64,000 bases of DNA. Source: Trichomonas gallinae (Eukaryota). Positions 44,509 to 54,791 of the stretch are shown here, one piece after another. The position numbers and the translations under genes are program-made. The stretch covers positions 1 to 64,000 of the forward strand of contig MRSU01010422.1 in the NCBI GenBank assembly GCA_008369845.1, given 5' to 3'. The notes under the pieces were generated by a model. The model ran no database searches and was not told the origin of the DNA. It worked only from the letters and a program-made list of their open reading frames with translations. The stretch's first letter is position 1; each line of letters begins with the position of its first letter.

Positions 44509-44702
44509 ATTTTCGTCTGTTTACAAATTTTGTCACGTTTTAGGGCACTTTTTCACATTTTATTCCCCTTATTAAAAAAGTCAACCCCTAATATATAATT
44601 TTCCTTTTGGTAAATTTTTAGCCCCTACTATATCTGTCACATTTTCGATTTTTCATTGTCACATTTTATTCCCCTTGGTAAATTAATTAGCCCCTATTAT
44701 AT

Positions 44703-45803
44703 ATGTCTCTGAAGGATATTACAGGAAGAAAGAGTGAAGATTCGGCAACATTCTTCCTAAAGGTCTACAAACAACTGCAATCATCAGATTTCAGTTGCAT
44801 TATGGACGCAAGGGACGCTATAATGTTTAATCCAAAATTAAAATCAGAATTACTTGCGTTTTTAAAGAAAAATATCACGATAAAAGACAATTTAGAAGTA
44901 GTTTCAAACTTTGATATCATGTCAGAGACTGCAAAATTCAATTTCGTGACTTTATTATGCATTCTTCAAATTCCTGTACCACAAGAGTTCTTACAAACAG
45001 ATATATTAAGACTACTACATGCTTCTTATACTCAACCACCTAAAATGCCGATTCCTCCACACATTGCTGAGGAAGTTGTACAAAAACAGCCAGAACCAGA
45101 GAAACCACCAGAAATTGCATCTGCTCCTATGACAAAAGAGTTCTTTAATGAAATAGAAGATGCAATATTGAAGTATCCACAATTTGCAGAACAAATTATT
45201 ATAGAAAAATTTGATTCATCAGGTTTGAAACAGTTTCATGATACAGTTAAGCTATTTTTCTCATGTGATAGATCGAGCAATGCAGTTTCTTGCGTATTTC
45301 AATACTTTATTCTTCCATATATTAAGAATTTGACTTCTCTTGCACGAAGACTGGCCGTTGACCCACTAATCGAAGTATCTCAGACATATCCACGTCTTGT
45401 TATAACTGAGATTCTGCAGCCTTTGCTTTTTGATCCTAAATCCTCTGTTTTTCAGTTCCAAGTCATGCAGAGGCTCTGTGAGTGCAAAAATCTGCAAGCA
45501 ATCGCATTACCTGGTGTTTTCGAAGGCCAGTCACCATCAATTCAAGGCCCGCTCTCAGACGATGCAATCAACTGGTTATCAGTTATTTCATCAAAAACAC
45601 CACAATTATCAACTGAAGAACAGGAGCATCTGCTGCTGCATATTAAGGCACAGCTTCACCACCAGAGTCCGAAAGCTGCACAGTTTTTTATGAACTTTCT
45701 TAAAAGTCAACGAATCGAAGGCAGTAACCGGGACATTGCTCTTGAAATGACAGAAAGCTTACCAGAAGTCATGAAACTTTACGCTACTAAGCTTATTCAA
45801 TAA
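44703..45803 (+). CDS. FANCE-like protein (Fanconi anaemia group E C-terminal domain)
   Basis: [55 protein letters not shown] aligns without gaps to human FANCE as recalled ([55 protein letters not shown]); similarity continues to the C-terminus. Confidence 0.65.
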   Translation: [366 protein letters not shown]

Positions 45804-46167
45804 ATTTCCAATTTTTGTTTGTATAATAAACATTTGTCATTAACATATGCGTATAGCCATGTTTATAATTATTACTCATGATGTTAAATTGCTGATAAGT
45901 CATATTTTTGTTTTGATTTTGGTAGTGATTTTGATTTTTATTGTTGATATTAATTTATATTCTATTATATATTCTTTTAGATTATTTAGAATTTCGTGAT
46001 TTTGAGTGTATTTTTAAGAAATTTTTGAAAAGCAAAAAAAATCAACATAAAAACATACAAAATGATCTAGGTAAAAATCAAAAATTCAATTTCGATTAAA
46101 ATTAAAAATCGAAGATTTGGCTATATTGTTGGTTAAAAAGCTTATTTAGAAGACATGATATTTTTGA

Positions 46168-46177
46168 TGTCACTTTT
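46168..46177 (+). promoter_or_regulatory. TGTCACTTTT Inr/M2-type element
   Basis: Ends 6 bp before the ATG at 46184. Confidence 0.65.
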
Positions 46178-46183
46178 ATCAAA

Positions 46184-46522
46184 ATGTTAGGAGATGATTT
46201 CAATGCATTTTGGCATGTATCAGTTTTGCCGAACTCGAAAGCAAAAGTAACAATTCCTCAGCATGTTGTTGCTTCGCTAACAAACGCTTCTCTTCACTTC
46301 GAAAATGAAAATATTTCGAGTGGCCGCGTGGTTTTATACGCACAGACAAATACCGGACCAGAGATTGCTTTGGTTCCATTCACAATTGGTAAATACGAGA
46401 GTACTTCTTTAGATTTGCAACTGACCGAAGGAGATATCTTAAATCTACGCGTTGAAGGCGACGTCCGTGTTGACTTATGCGGATGCATTACAGGTGGCTT
46501 CTCTGTTCAAGTGGAGCAGTAA
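46184..46522 (+). CDS. Stand-alone nucleoplasmin-like (NPL) domain protein
   Basis: FWHVSVLP...LTNASL...RVVLY...ESTSLDLQL.EGD...RVEG..RVDLCG follows the NPL fold pattern of FKBP39/HD2 N-termini. Confidence 0.75.
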   Translation: MLGDDFNAFWHVSVLPNSKAKVTIPQHVVASLTNASLHFENENISSGRVVLYAQTNTGPEIALVPFTIGKYESTSLDLQLTEGDILNLRVEGDVRVDLCGCITGGFSVQVEQ

Positions 46523-46804
46523 GATTAATGTTATTATTAAAATATTACTGGACTTTTGCTAGATACATGTTCTTCAGTTAAATAGTTTCACTTTTCCCCA
46601 TATAATATTAGCAAAATGTTAATGTTTTATCATAAAATTTATTTTTTTGAATTACCGAATTAGTTTAATCAAAAATATCATGTTTACGCTAATGGCATAA
46701 TAAACATTTGTAAATCATGACATAATTGAGAAATATTGATTTAAATTTGAATAATATAAACATTTTTTACATAATAAACGAGTAACAAATTTCGAAGGAA
46801 ATAG

Positions 46805-47779
46805 TTATTTCTTTGTTGATTCAGTTGTATTGAGTAATGACGTGAATAATGTTGTAGATTCCGAAGTGATAGTTTTAGAAATTGTATCGCATCTAAGAAC
46901 GTATATAGTACCATTTGAGTGAGCAACAAGCAGTTTTCCTGCCTTATCAAATGCGAGATATGCATTACCAGGACTTGGAATCTTCCAATTCAAGTCTGTT
47001 TGCGTTCCATCGATAGTTTTCGATGGTGGAATAATGAATACGTGAATTGTTGGATTATTTGATGATATCGCCAAAAGATTTGTTTTTGGATCGAAAGCCA
47101 TCGAATTAATTTCAACAGGAAGCCTTCCTCGTCTGAATTCTGCAAATTGTTCGCCTGTTTCTGTCATCCAAATTCTTATAACTGTACCATTCTCTGATGC
47201 AGTGGCGACGTAGTTCGCTCCATTGTTCAATCTGAACATGGAAACACCATGGTTATGCGCCTTGAACATCAAATCATTACCTTCTCCAGTAATAATTCTA
47301 ACAGTAGATAAATCTCTGCCTGTTGTCGCAACCATGAATGAATTCCTGTATACGCAAAAATCAGAAGAGAGGAAGTTGCCCATCGGATTTCGATATTGAG
47401 AGTATAACATCGGAGGATCAAATGTATACAACCTCATTTCTGTTTTTGTTGTAACAGAGAACATCGATGGAAGCATCTTAATCTTTTTGATTGGATCTGG
47501 GAATGATAATTCGAACACACTTCTTCCGAGTGCTTCATCGTACACCATAAGATCCATATCAGAGAAAGATGACTGTCCACTGACGCCTGTGCATATGATT
47601 ATACTCGAATTTTGTATGGTAGAAGTTAGTCCAATTTCTTTATCTTGAAATCGCCTATTTAATAAAACTCTCAGCGGATTTATCGAAAAAACTGCAAAGC
47701 CAGTAGACATACTGACAGTCATAATTTCTCCATCATCAGAAAAATCAATATTATTGATTCTCGGTGCTGGATTCATCAT
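46805..47779 (-). CDS. PROPPIN beta-propeller (Atg18/WIPI family)
   Basis: FKAH...VATASENGTVIRIW...EFRRG with the phosphoinositide-binding FRRG motif, then TIHVF. Confidence 0.88.
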   Translation of the reverse strand: MMNPAPRINNIDFSDDGEIMTVSMSTGFAVFSINPLRVLLNRRFQDKEIGLTSTIQNSSIIICTGVSGQSSFSDMDLMVYDEALGRSVFELSFPDPIKKIKMLPSMFSVTTKTEMRLYTFDPPMLYSQYRNPMGNFLSSDFCVYRNSFMVATTGRDLSTVRIITGEGNDLMFKAHNHGVSMFRLNNGANYVATASENGTVIRIWMTETGEQFAEFRRGRLPVEINSMAFDPKTNLLAISSNNPTIHVFIIPPSKTIDGTQTDLNWKIPSPGNAYLAFDKAGKLLVAHSNGTIYVLRCDTISKTITSESTTLFTSLLNTTESTKK

Positions 47780-48047
47780 TAGAAAATTTTTATGTCACTT
47801 TTCATCTAAATATAAATCTTGTCACCTTTTTAGGAGCACTTTTCAATGTTACAATTGTAAAATTTGCACTTTTCAAAAATTCCTGACATTTTCAAACTTT
47901 ACATTTGTAAAATCGACAAATTTCAAAAAATTTTGACATATTTGAAGCTTTACATTTCTAAATTTGTTATTCTTTCCTTTACATTTGTAAATAATGACAC
48001 TTTTAGAGTATTATTTTTGTCACTTTTAGTGTCTGTTTATTAATTTC
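47780..48047. promoter_or_regulatory. Divergent promoter with two TGTCACTTTT elements and repeated TGACA/TTTACATTTGTAAA modules
   Basis: TGTCACTTTT at 47793 and 48018; a TGACAT...CTTTACATTT.TAAA module repeated at 47885 and 47934. Confidence 0.55.
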
Positions 48048-48992
48048 ATGAATATTGATAATATTATACAGAAGCTGTGGGATATCGAAGATGAACCGGT
48101 TGGTACTTATTCTTCTATAACAGCTAATGAAATTATATATCTTTGCAGTGAAGTTAGAAAAATATTCATAAATCAACCAGTTTTATTAGAATTGCGCGCG
48201 CCAATGACAGTTTGCGGCGATTTACATGGACAATTTCACGATTTATTGCGAATATTCCGGCTAAATGGACTCCCACCAACAGAAAATTATACTTTTCTTG
48301 GAGATTACGTCGATAGAGGCCTAAACAGCATCGAAACTGTATGCTTAGTGTTTGCGTATAAGATTAAGTATCCAGAAAACTTCTTTTTATTACGAGGAAA
48401 CCATGAATCAGCACCTACAAATCAATATTTTGGATTTTTCGAAGAATGCGAAACGAGATTCAATGAAGAACTTTGGGAAACGTTCTGTGACGTATTCAAT
48501 TGCCTTCCTTTAGTTGCAATTATAGAAGATAAATTCTTTTGCGTCCATGGCGGAATTTCGCCATATTTAGACTCACTTGACCAGATCAGAGAGATAAAGA
48601 GACCATGTGAGATACCAGAATCAGGAATTGTCTGTGATTTGGTTTGGTCAGATCCTGATTCTGAAGCAAGAAGCTGGGAAGAAAACAGCAGAGGCACAAG
48701 TTTCATTTTTGGACCGAATCCACTTCAAAGTTTCCTCAAAAAATTTAATCTTGATTTAATTATTCGAGGACATCAAGCTGTAACGTGTGGATATGATTTT
48801 ACATTCCCAGAAATTCATGGAATTGTTACTGTTTTTTCAGCGCCAAACTATTGCTACCAATTCGACAATAAAGGCGCAATTTTACATATCGACAAGAATA
48901 AAGTGCCGAGCTTTTTAGTTTTGCAGCCAGTTGAATCCAATTCTAACTATTACATAGGACCAAGACCAGGTACACCACCAGTTAGCCACTGA
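48048..48992 (+). CDS. PP1-like Ser/Thr protein phosphatase catalytic subunit
   Basis: GDLHGQ, GDYVDRG, LRGNHE, HGGISP, DLVWSDP, SAPNYC; C-terminal RPGTPP. Confidence 0.95.
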   Translation: MNIDNIIQKLWDIEDEPVGTYSSITANEIIYLCSEVRKIFINQPVLLELRAPMTVCGDLHGQFHDLLRIFRLNGLPPTENYTFLGDYVDRGLNSIETVCLVFAYKIKYPENFFLLRGNHESAPTNQYFGFFEECETRFNEELWETFCDVFNCLPLVAIIEDKFFCVHGGISPYLDSLDQIREIKRPCEIPESGIVCDLVWSDPDSEARSWEENSRGTSFIFGPNPLQSFLKKFNLDLIIRGHQAVTCGYDFTFPEIHGIVTVFSAPNYCYQFDNKGAILHIDKNKVPSFLVLQPVESNSNYYIGPRPGTPPVSH

Positions 48993-49240
48993 TTTTTTAT
49001 TTTCTTTTTTTGTTTGAATAAATATTATCATGAATGCGAATCACACCTCTATTCATCCTAAAATAACCAAACTTTCTTTCCGAAAGCATGAATAATAAAA
49101 AAAAATATTTTTGATATGTTTCTCTTTTGTTTTTTTCGTTATTAGCTACCATGATGCCTTTCTACTACCATTATACATAAAATTTACATGGTTATTATCC
49201 ATAAAATCTATTTATTCAAACAAAATAATACGAAATTTCT

Positions 49241-50239
49241 CTACTTCTGGGGTTTTGCTTGTTCTAAGTTGACAATTTTATCTTTATATTGGTCAAAGTT
49301 ATCAATTGTCAATATAACAAGCTGCCTTTTCGATACCAAGTGGTTCTGAGTGAAAGGATTAACTTTTTTCTCATTTAGCAGTTTCAGCCACGTGCTATAA
49401 TCCAAAACGTAGTCATCAGGTGATACAGCTGGTATTTCCATTGGTTTCTGCGTGATCATGTCGATATATCCGGGAATTGGATTCATTGCCATTCTTTCTT
49501 CGTTTTCTATAGATGTTGGACCTACTCTGACTCTTCTGTCGCCTTTAACGAAGTTGATGGCGATGTAATTCGACTTCTTAGACTTGCTTTCTAATTTGTT
49601 TATATTGATATCATTCGTGATTTTTCCTTGCTTCTTTAATTTCTTAAGCAACTGCTCACAATCTTCTTCTGTTTTGCCAAAAAATCGCGAACAAAACGCA
49701 GACCATGTCTGTTCCTCGATGAAATTGTTGTATTGATAAACAAATTCGCTAATTTCTTCCGGCTCCCAAATTGAGTTGCCATTCTTCTTACTTGAGCGCT
49801 TCTTTTTGCGTGTAGAGTATGATTCTTCGTTATCATCGTCATCAGCATCGAGATCGGAATAAGATCTCGACATTGGCTTCGATTTTACCTGTTCTCTTAA
49901 AGGGAAACCGCGTTGAGATGCCTCTGATATGACTGTTCTTGTGAATGCTGTCGATTTTAACTGCTCGAATAGTTCATTTACATCATCATTGCACAATTCT
50001 AAGCCAATGAAATAGTCAACTGGTCTTCCATCGGGCCACAGGTTCGATAAAGTCTGGAAATTTCTGTTTATTTTCGATAATCGTATTTGCAAAAGTCTTT
50101 TGCGGAATTGCAATACCGATTCTTGAACTTCTTTGTCTAAATACGTTGGTGGTGGCTGCAAGAGTGGCTCAATCATCTCATATGACACAATTTCTTCCAC
50201 TGTGTCTTGACTTTTGCTCTGTTCAAGAGCATCTGTCAT
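49241..50239 (-). CDS. SANT/Myb-like plus C-terminal U-box-like protein
   Basis: WEPEEISEF...W..F...F.GKTEEDC (SANT-like); PGYIDMITQKPMEIPAVSPDDYVLDYSTWLKLL...NPFTQ (U-box-like). Confidence 0.65.
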   Translation of the reverse strand: MTDALEQSKSQDTVEEIVSYEMIEPLLQPPPTYLDKEVQESVLQFRKRLLQIRLSKINRNFQTLSNLWPDGRPVDYFIGLELCNDDVNELFEQLKSTAFTRTVISEASQRGFPLREQVKSKPMSRSYSDLDADDDDNEESYSTRKKKRSSKKNGNSIWEPEEISEFVYQYNNFIEEQTWSAFCSRFFGKTEEDCEQLLKKLKKQGKITNDININKLESKSKKSNYIAINFVKGDRRVRVGPTSIENEERMAMNPIPGYIDMITQKPMEIPAVSPDDYVLDYSTWLKLLNEKKVNPFTQNHLVSKRQLVILTIDNFDQYKDKIVNLEQAKPQK

Positions 50240-50713
50240 AGAGAAAAGGAGGCAAATGTGAATTTTTTTGCTTCAGAACAGCTCAAAATAACCTACAACA
50301 TATATCCACACTGTTTCTGTTTTGTTTTTCGATGATTTTTATCTATCGGAAATTGATGACATAAAATTAAGCAATTTCATATGTATATTTATACTATACT
50401 AACTCTATACATAATAATTTAATAGTCAAAAGTATTTACAATCGATGGAAAATTAAATTCCAAATATATTCATTTATTTCAGCAATTTACATGAAAATAT
50501 ATCATATATAGCCATAGTAATTTACATTTTATCAGTCCTTTTTCTGATCTCATAATTATTCAATTTTTGATAAATTATGTAATGAACAAATGCTAAAACT
50601 TGTAATGAAAAAAGTGAACTTGTTGTTGTATGTTGAACTATAATTGGTTTTGATAAGAGATATTTTTATATTCTGGAATTGAACAAACAATAGTATAGTA
50701 AATAGTTTTATGA

Positions 50714-51250
50714 TTACTTTTGAAATTGAACACTGTAACCTCCTGATTCGTTTTGCTGCAGTTTGAAGTTGTCTGTGCTTAATCCAAAAAGTCCTAAGAA
50801 TTTATTACCTAAATCTTTGAGCTGACCCATTGCCTCCGTTTTTAGTTTCTCTGTTTCTTCAGCAGCTTGCTTCTTGCATTCTTCGTATTCTTTTGCATGA
50901 GTTTGTTCGACTGATGGGTCTTCTTCGATTGCCTTTTTGATTTCTTCAAGTGCTTCATTGTATTTTTCGATCTTTCGAAGGGCCCAGAATTTCCGTAGGC
51001 GAACTTTTGTATAATGTGGCTGATACGATAAAGATTTGTCACAATCTGATATGCAAAGTTCTGGAGATTCCAAAGCGACGAAGCATGCCGCACGATTACC
51101 ATATAAAATCGATTTGGTTGCATCGTCGCATCCTGAATTTTCTTGTTCTGCATCAAGAATCGCATCTGAGTAACTATCTCTTGCCTCTTCGTACTGTTTC
51201 TGTTGATAAAACTGGTTTCCTTTTGCTTTGTTCTCTAAAATTTGTTCCAT
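50714..51250 (-). CDS. TTC1: Tetratricopeptide repeat protein 1 (TTC1-like)
   Basis: Three TPRs (KGNQFY, ILYGNRAAC) plus the hallmark tail MGQLKDLGNKFLGLFGLSTDNFKLQQNESGGYSVQF. Confidence 0.85.
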   Translation of the reverse strand: MEQILENKAKGNQFYQQKQYEEARDSYSDAILDAEQENSGCDDATKSILYGNRAACFVALESPELCISDCDKSLSYQPHYTKVRLRKFWALRKIEKYNEALEEIKKAIEEDPSVEQTHAKEYEECKKQAAEETEKLKTEAMGQLKDLGNKFLGLFGLSTDNFKLQQNESGGYSVQFQK

Positions 51251-51308
51251 CGATTATTGTCACTTTTAATACCAAAAAAGGTTATTTGTCGCTTTTATAG
51301 TTATAAAA
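51251..51308. promoter_or_regulatory. 58-bp bidirectional promoter
   Basis: Separates head-to-head ATGs at 51250 and 51309; contains TGTCACTTTT (51258) and the variant TGTCGCTTTT. Confidence 0.6.
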
Positions 51309-52550
51309 ATGAGTACTACAAGATCCATGAGTGTTATTGAGAAATCAGTAAAATATTTACAAACAAAATATGGAGATTTCGAAGCTTCTATTGAAAAGTT
51401 GTTCCATTTATCAAGAAAAGATGATTTGGAGCAATTTTTCAACGAAATTTGCGCAGTTGTAATGAATCATAATATTCATCCCAAAACAATGTTATATATC
51501 ATACATATTGCTGCATCAGTGCATGTAGCAGCGCTTCCTTTATATGCTAAATTATACGAATTATTTTATAAGAAGTTCAAAGTTAAACTAGTGAAGCACA
51601 TGATACACAATGCAACATTCTGCCTTATATGCTGCCAAATGTTCAAACAAGACTGGGATATAAGTTCTTATTCTCAACATAATTTATCACTCAACGAATT
51701 GTTATACATTTATCCTGAAAATCACATTCTTCATTTCATAGTACAAGATAAAGTTGATGATTTTCGGATTTTGACACAAGGAGGAGATTTTGATTTTGAT
51801 ATGCACGTTGAAGGTAAGAAACTAATCGATTGGGCAGCACACTATGGCTCATTGAACTGTTTCAGATACTTGATGAGCAGAAATGCGAAGATGACATTTA
51901 CAACATTAAAAGATTCTTTTCACGGCGGGCAAAACGAGATTGTTTCAGATATTATGAGAATAACGGGTGGAAAATATACTCCAGACGCTAGCTGCATGGA
52001 TGCTGCCGTTAGATCTCATGATAATAAATCTGTTCAGTATCTATTTGCCAATTATCATTTACATTATGAGCTAGCTTTATCAGCAGCGTATTATAACTTT
52101 AAATTGTACGCGAATGCGATTTCAGTTCCAGAACCAAAGAACGTTGACCTAACATCTGTTATATTATTTGGCATTCCATCATTAGTCAAATATTTTGTTG
52201 ATCAGAAGGCAAATGCAAAAATTACAAATTCTGATGGAAAAACTTGTTTGCATATACTCGCTATGCTCGATAATCCAGACCTAGCTAAGATGTTTTTGGA
52301 TTACGGAGTTGACGTTGATGCTAAAAATAAGAATGGAGAAACACCACTTCATGTTTGCGCAATAAATAACTCGATGAATGTTGCACAAGTGCTTATTGCA
52401 CATGGTGCTAATATTGAAGAAAAGAACAATGCTGGAGAAACGCCATTAATGCTTTCGACAAAATATTCTGCTATTGAAACAGGAAGAGTTCTTGTTGAAA
52501 ACAAAGCAAATATCAATGAGATCAAAATCAAACCTTCTGGATCCACATAA
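51309..52550 (+). CDS. DUF3447-type ankyrin repeat protein
   Basis: AAHYGSLNCFRYL, FHGGQNEIV, then ankyrin repeats GKTCLHILA, GETPLHVCA, GETPLMLS. Confidence 0.88.
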   Translation: MSTTRSMSVIEKSVKYLQTKYGDFEASIEKLFHLSRKDDLEQFFNEICAVVMNHNIHPKTMLYIIHIAASVHVAALPLYAKLYELFYKKFKVKLVKHMIHNATFCLICCQMFKQDWDISSYSQHNLSLNELLYIYPENHILHFIVQDKVDDFRILTQGGDFDFDMHVEGKKLIDWAAHYGSLNCFRYLMSRNAKMTFTTLKDSFHGGQNEIVSDIMRITGGKYTPDASCMDAAVRSHDNKSVQYLFANYHLHYELALSAAYYNFKLYANAISVPEPKNVDLTSVILFGIPSLVKYFVDQKANAKITNSDGKTCLHILAMLDNPDLAKMFLDYGVDVDAKNKNGETPLHVCAINNSMNVAQVLIAHGANIEEKNNAGETPLMLSTKYSAIETGRVLVENKANINEIKIKPSGST

Positions 52551-52680
52551 GATCAATAAATAAATTGTTTGTATTTTTATTAATCTTAGCTTTTAATTTC
52601 ATCGCCCCAAATCACAGCCTGGTGAAACCAAAGCATATTGCAATATAATAAAAACGAATATAAAAATAATTATAAAATTT

Positions 52681-52908
52681 AAAATATTTAGTTTAATTTC
52701 AATTTTATTTAGTGAAATATGATTACCGCAAGATAATGAACATCAATTCAATATTGAAAATCGATAAAAAATTAATTTTAATTTTTCATAAAAATATTTG
52801 GTTTAAATTCAATTTTTTTATGTGAAATATGATTCCTTCAAAATAATGATCATTGATTGAATATTGATAATCGATAACGTTTTAATTTTAATTTTTCTTA
52901 AAAATATT
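52681..52908. repeat. Tandem duplication, 110-bp unit x2
   Basis: 52681-52790 and 52791-52900 align without gaps (AAAATATTT.GTTTAA.TTCAATTTT...GTGAAATATGATT...AATATTGA.AATCGATAA). Confidence 0.9.
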
Positions 52909-53006
52909 ATCAAGAAAAACCAATATTTGCAATATAAAAAGTGAATTTTATGATGCAACAGTTTCATTGTTGATGCTAGACTTTAATTAAGGTTTCAAAA
53001 ATTTTA

Positions 53007-53840
53007 ATGGTTACTGCGGAATCTATACCTGTCTTCACTGCAAGTATTATGCTTGCGTATTCCTTCTTCAGGCTTATTCTGACGTTGTTTAAAAAAGGAA
53101 AGCAGTCGATTTGTAAATATTGGAGCAGATTTTTATTCAGATTATTCTTTTTAGCGCATGTTATCCTTTACTTGCTCACAACAATCCCAGATCTCAGCGA
53201 TATTATTATAACAGGATATATTTCTCGTGCTTCTCTTCCGATAGCTTTAGGTTTTCTCGTGATTTCGATTCAAGATTTTGTCTGTTACTCAAATCGTGAT
53301 CCAACATTCATCAAGCGCCAGTGGATATGGCTTGTATTGCCATTTATCACACTTATGATTACATGTCAAATTGATTTATATCAAGCAAATAATAATCTTG
53401 ATTATGAGATCGCGAAAAAGTCACGTATAGTGTACGAAGTTACTCTAGATGTATTTATTACAACACTTATCATTATTCCTTCGATTTATTTCTTATTCGA
53501 AATCAAAAGAAACGATTTTTCTGATTCGCTTAGGTGCAAGATATACACAGCCTTCTGCTTCTTTTTTGTTGATATAATTTTCTTGTATCTTTGTCTCTTT
53601 TTCGAGATCAGACTAATTCTTGGAGATGCAGTTTTCAAACGAAGAGATTTCGTTCTTCTCATGAAATCATCAAGAGATCCAGTTATGATCATGGTGTGTT
53701 TCACACAAGATATGGTCGATTGGATGCTTAAGTGGATTTATTTAGACGAAGATGCAATTCTCAAGCAAGATGATGAAAATATTTCCCCAACTATTGGAGA
53801 CACACCACTTGAAATAGAATTAGTTGGCGCTGATGTTTAA
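53007..53840 (+). CDS. Multi-pass (6-7 TM) membrane protein, receptor-like topology, unknown function
   Basis: Six to seven hydrophobic segments and an acidic C-terminal tail. Confidence 0.75.
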   Translation: MVTAESIPVFTASIMLAYSFFRLILTLFKKGKQSICKYWSRFLFRLFFLAHVILYLLTTIPDLSDIIITGYISRASLPIALGFLVISIQDFVCYSNRDPTFIKRQWIWLVLPFITLMITCQIDLYQANNNLDYEIAKKSRIVYEVTLDVFITTLIIIPSIYFLFEIKRNDFSDSLRCKIYTAFCFFFVDIIFLYLCLFFEIRLILGDAVFKRRDFVLLMKSSRDPVMIMVCFTQDMVDWMLKWIYLDEDAILKQDDENISPTIGDTPLEIELVGADV

Positions 53841-53948
53841 TTTCAATTTTTTTCAAAAATTGTGCTGTTATTATTAAAATAAAACACGTCTATTCATATA
53901 CAAAAGAAATTTTAGCGTTGATGATGTAACAGATTAAATGAAAATAGC

Positions 53949-54791
53949 TTACTGGAACAAAGTACGAGATATTTTTCTTACAATATATACGTAATATGGT
54001 CTATCAGACTGCAATGGCTTCTTGAGCTCCTGGACGTCCTCTAGTTTAATCATCAATTCGATTGGTCTGTCAAAGAAATGTTGATAATATTTTGGCTCAA
54101 CGTTTGAAACGCAAATAAATATTCCTTTCTTTGTCAGCAGTCTGGCAACCTCAGCAACATATGCGTTGACGTCTTTTTCACCGAGATGGAATAAACAATC
54201 TAATGTAGCCTTATCGATAATTGCTCCATATTCTCCGTCTGGGTATTTCATGTCACGGACATCCATGACTTTGAATGTAAGATTTTCGACTTCTTTATTT
54301 AACTTTTTCATTTTAACGATTGCTGGTTTTGCGAAATCTATAGCTACGACGCTTTCATATCCATCCTTTGCCAATGATGGTGCAAGGACAGATGTGCCAG
54401 TGCCTGTAACAAGTATTTTTGTCTCTTTTTCGATATTATTTTCGATTAATTTCTTTAAATCAACTGGATCAAGATACCATTCTGTCAATTCCACATCATT
54501 AGTATATAATTTTTCCCAGTATGAGTGCTCTCCGAACTCAGGGAGCTCTTCTTCAGGGTTATCATCGTATGTAATGCCCTCAAGAGGATCTACTTCTGGC
54601 TCTGGAGGTGGAGGCGGAGCTGCCTTCTCCTTTGCCTCCTCTGGGTGCTCGCTTGGCTGCTCCTCGCTTTGTTCTGAATTTGCAACAGGCATAACACCGC
54701 TTTCATCCTGAATAGAGGCTGAGGACTCTTGTTCTGTATTAGTTTCAGTGTAATCTGTGCTTTCGTAATAGCTTCCCTCAGTAGAACTCAT
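53949..54791 (-). CDS. SAM-dependent methyltransferase (EEF1AKMT4/METTL13-N-like) with acidic N-terminal extension
   Basis: FGEHSYWEKLY, EWY, ILVTGTGTS, AIDFA, VMDVRDM, IIDKATLDCL. Confidence 0.85.
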   Translation of the reverse strand: MSSTEGSYYESTDYTETNTEQESSASIQDESGVMPVANSEQSEEQPSEHPEEAKEKAAPPPPPEPEVDPLEGITYDDNPEEELPEFGEHSYWEKLYTNDVELTEWYLDPVDLKKLIENNIEKETKILVTGTGTSVLAPSLAKDGYESVVAIDFAKPAIVKMKKLNKEVENLTFKVMDVRDMKYPDGEYGAIIDKATLDCLFHLGEKDVNAYVAEVARLLTKKGIFICVSNVEPKYYQHFFDRPIELMIKLEDVQELKKPLQSDRPYYVYIVRKISRTLFQ

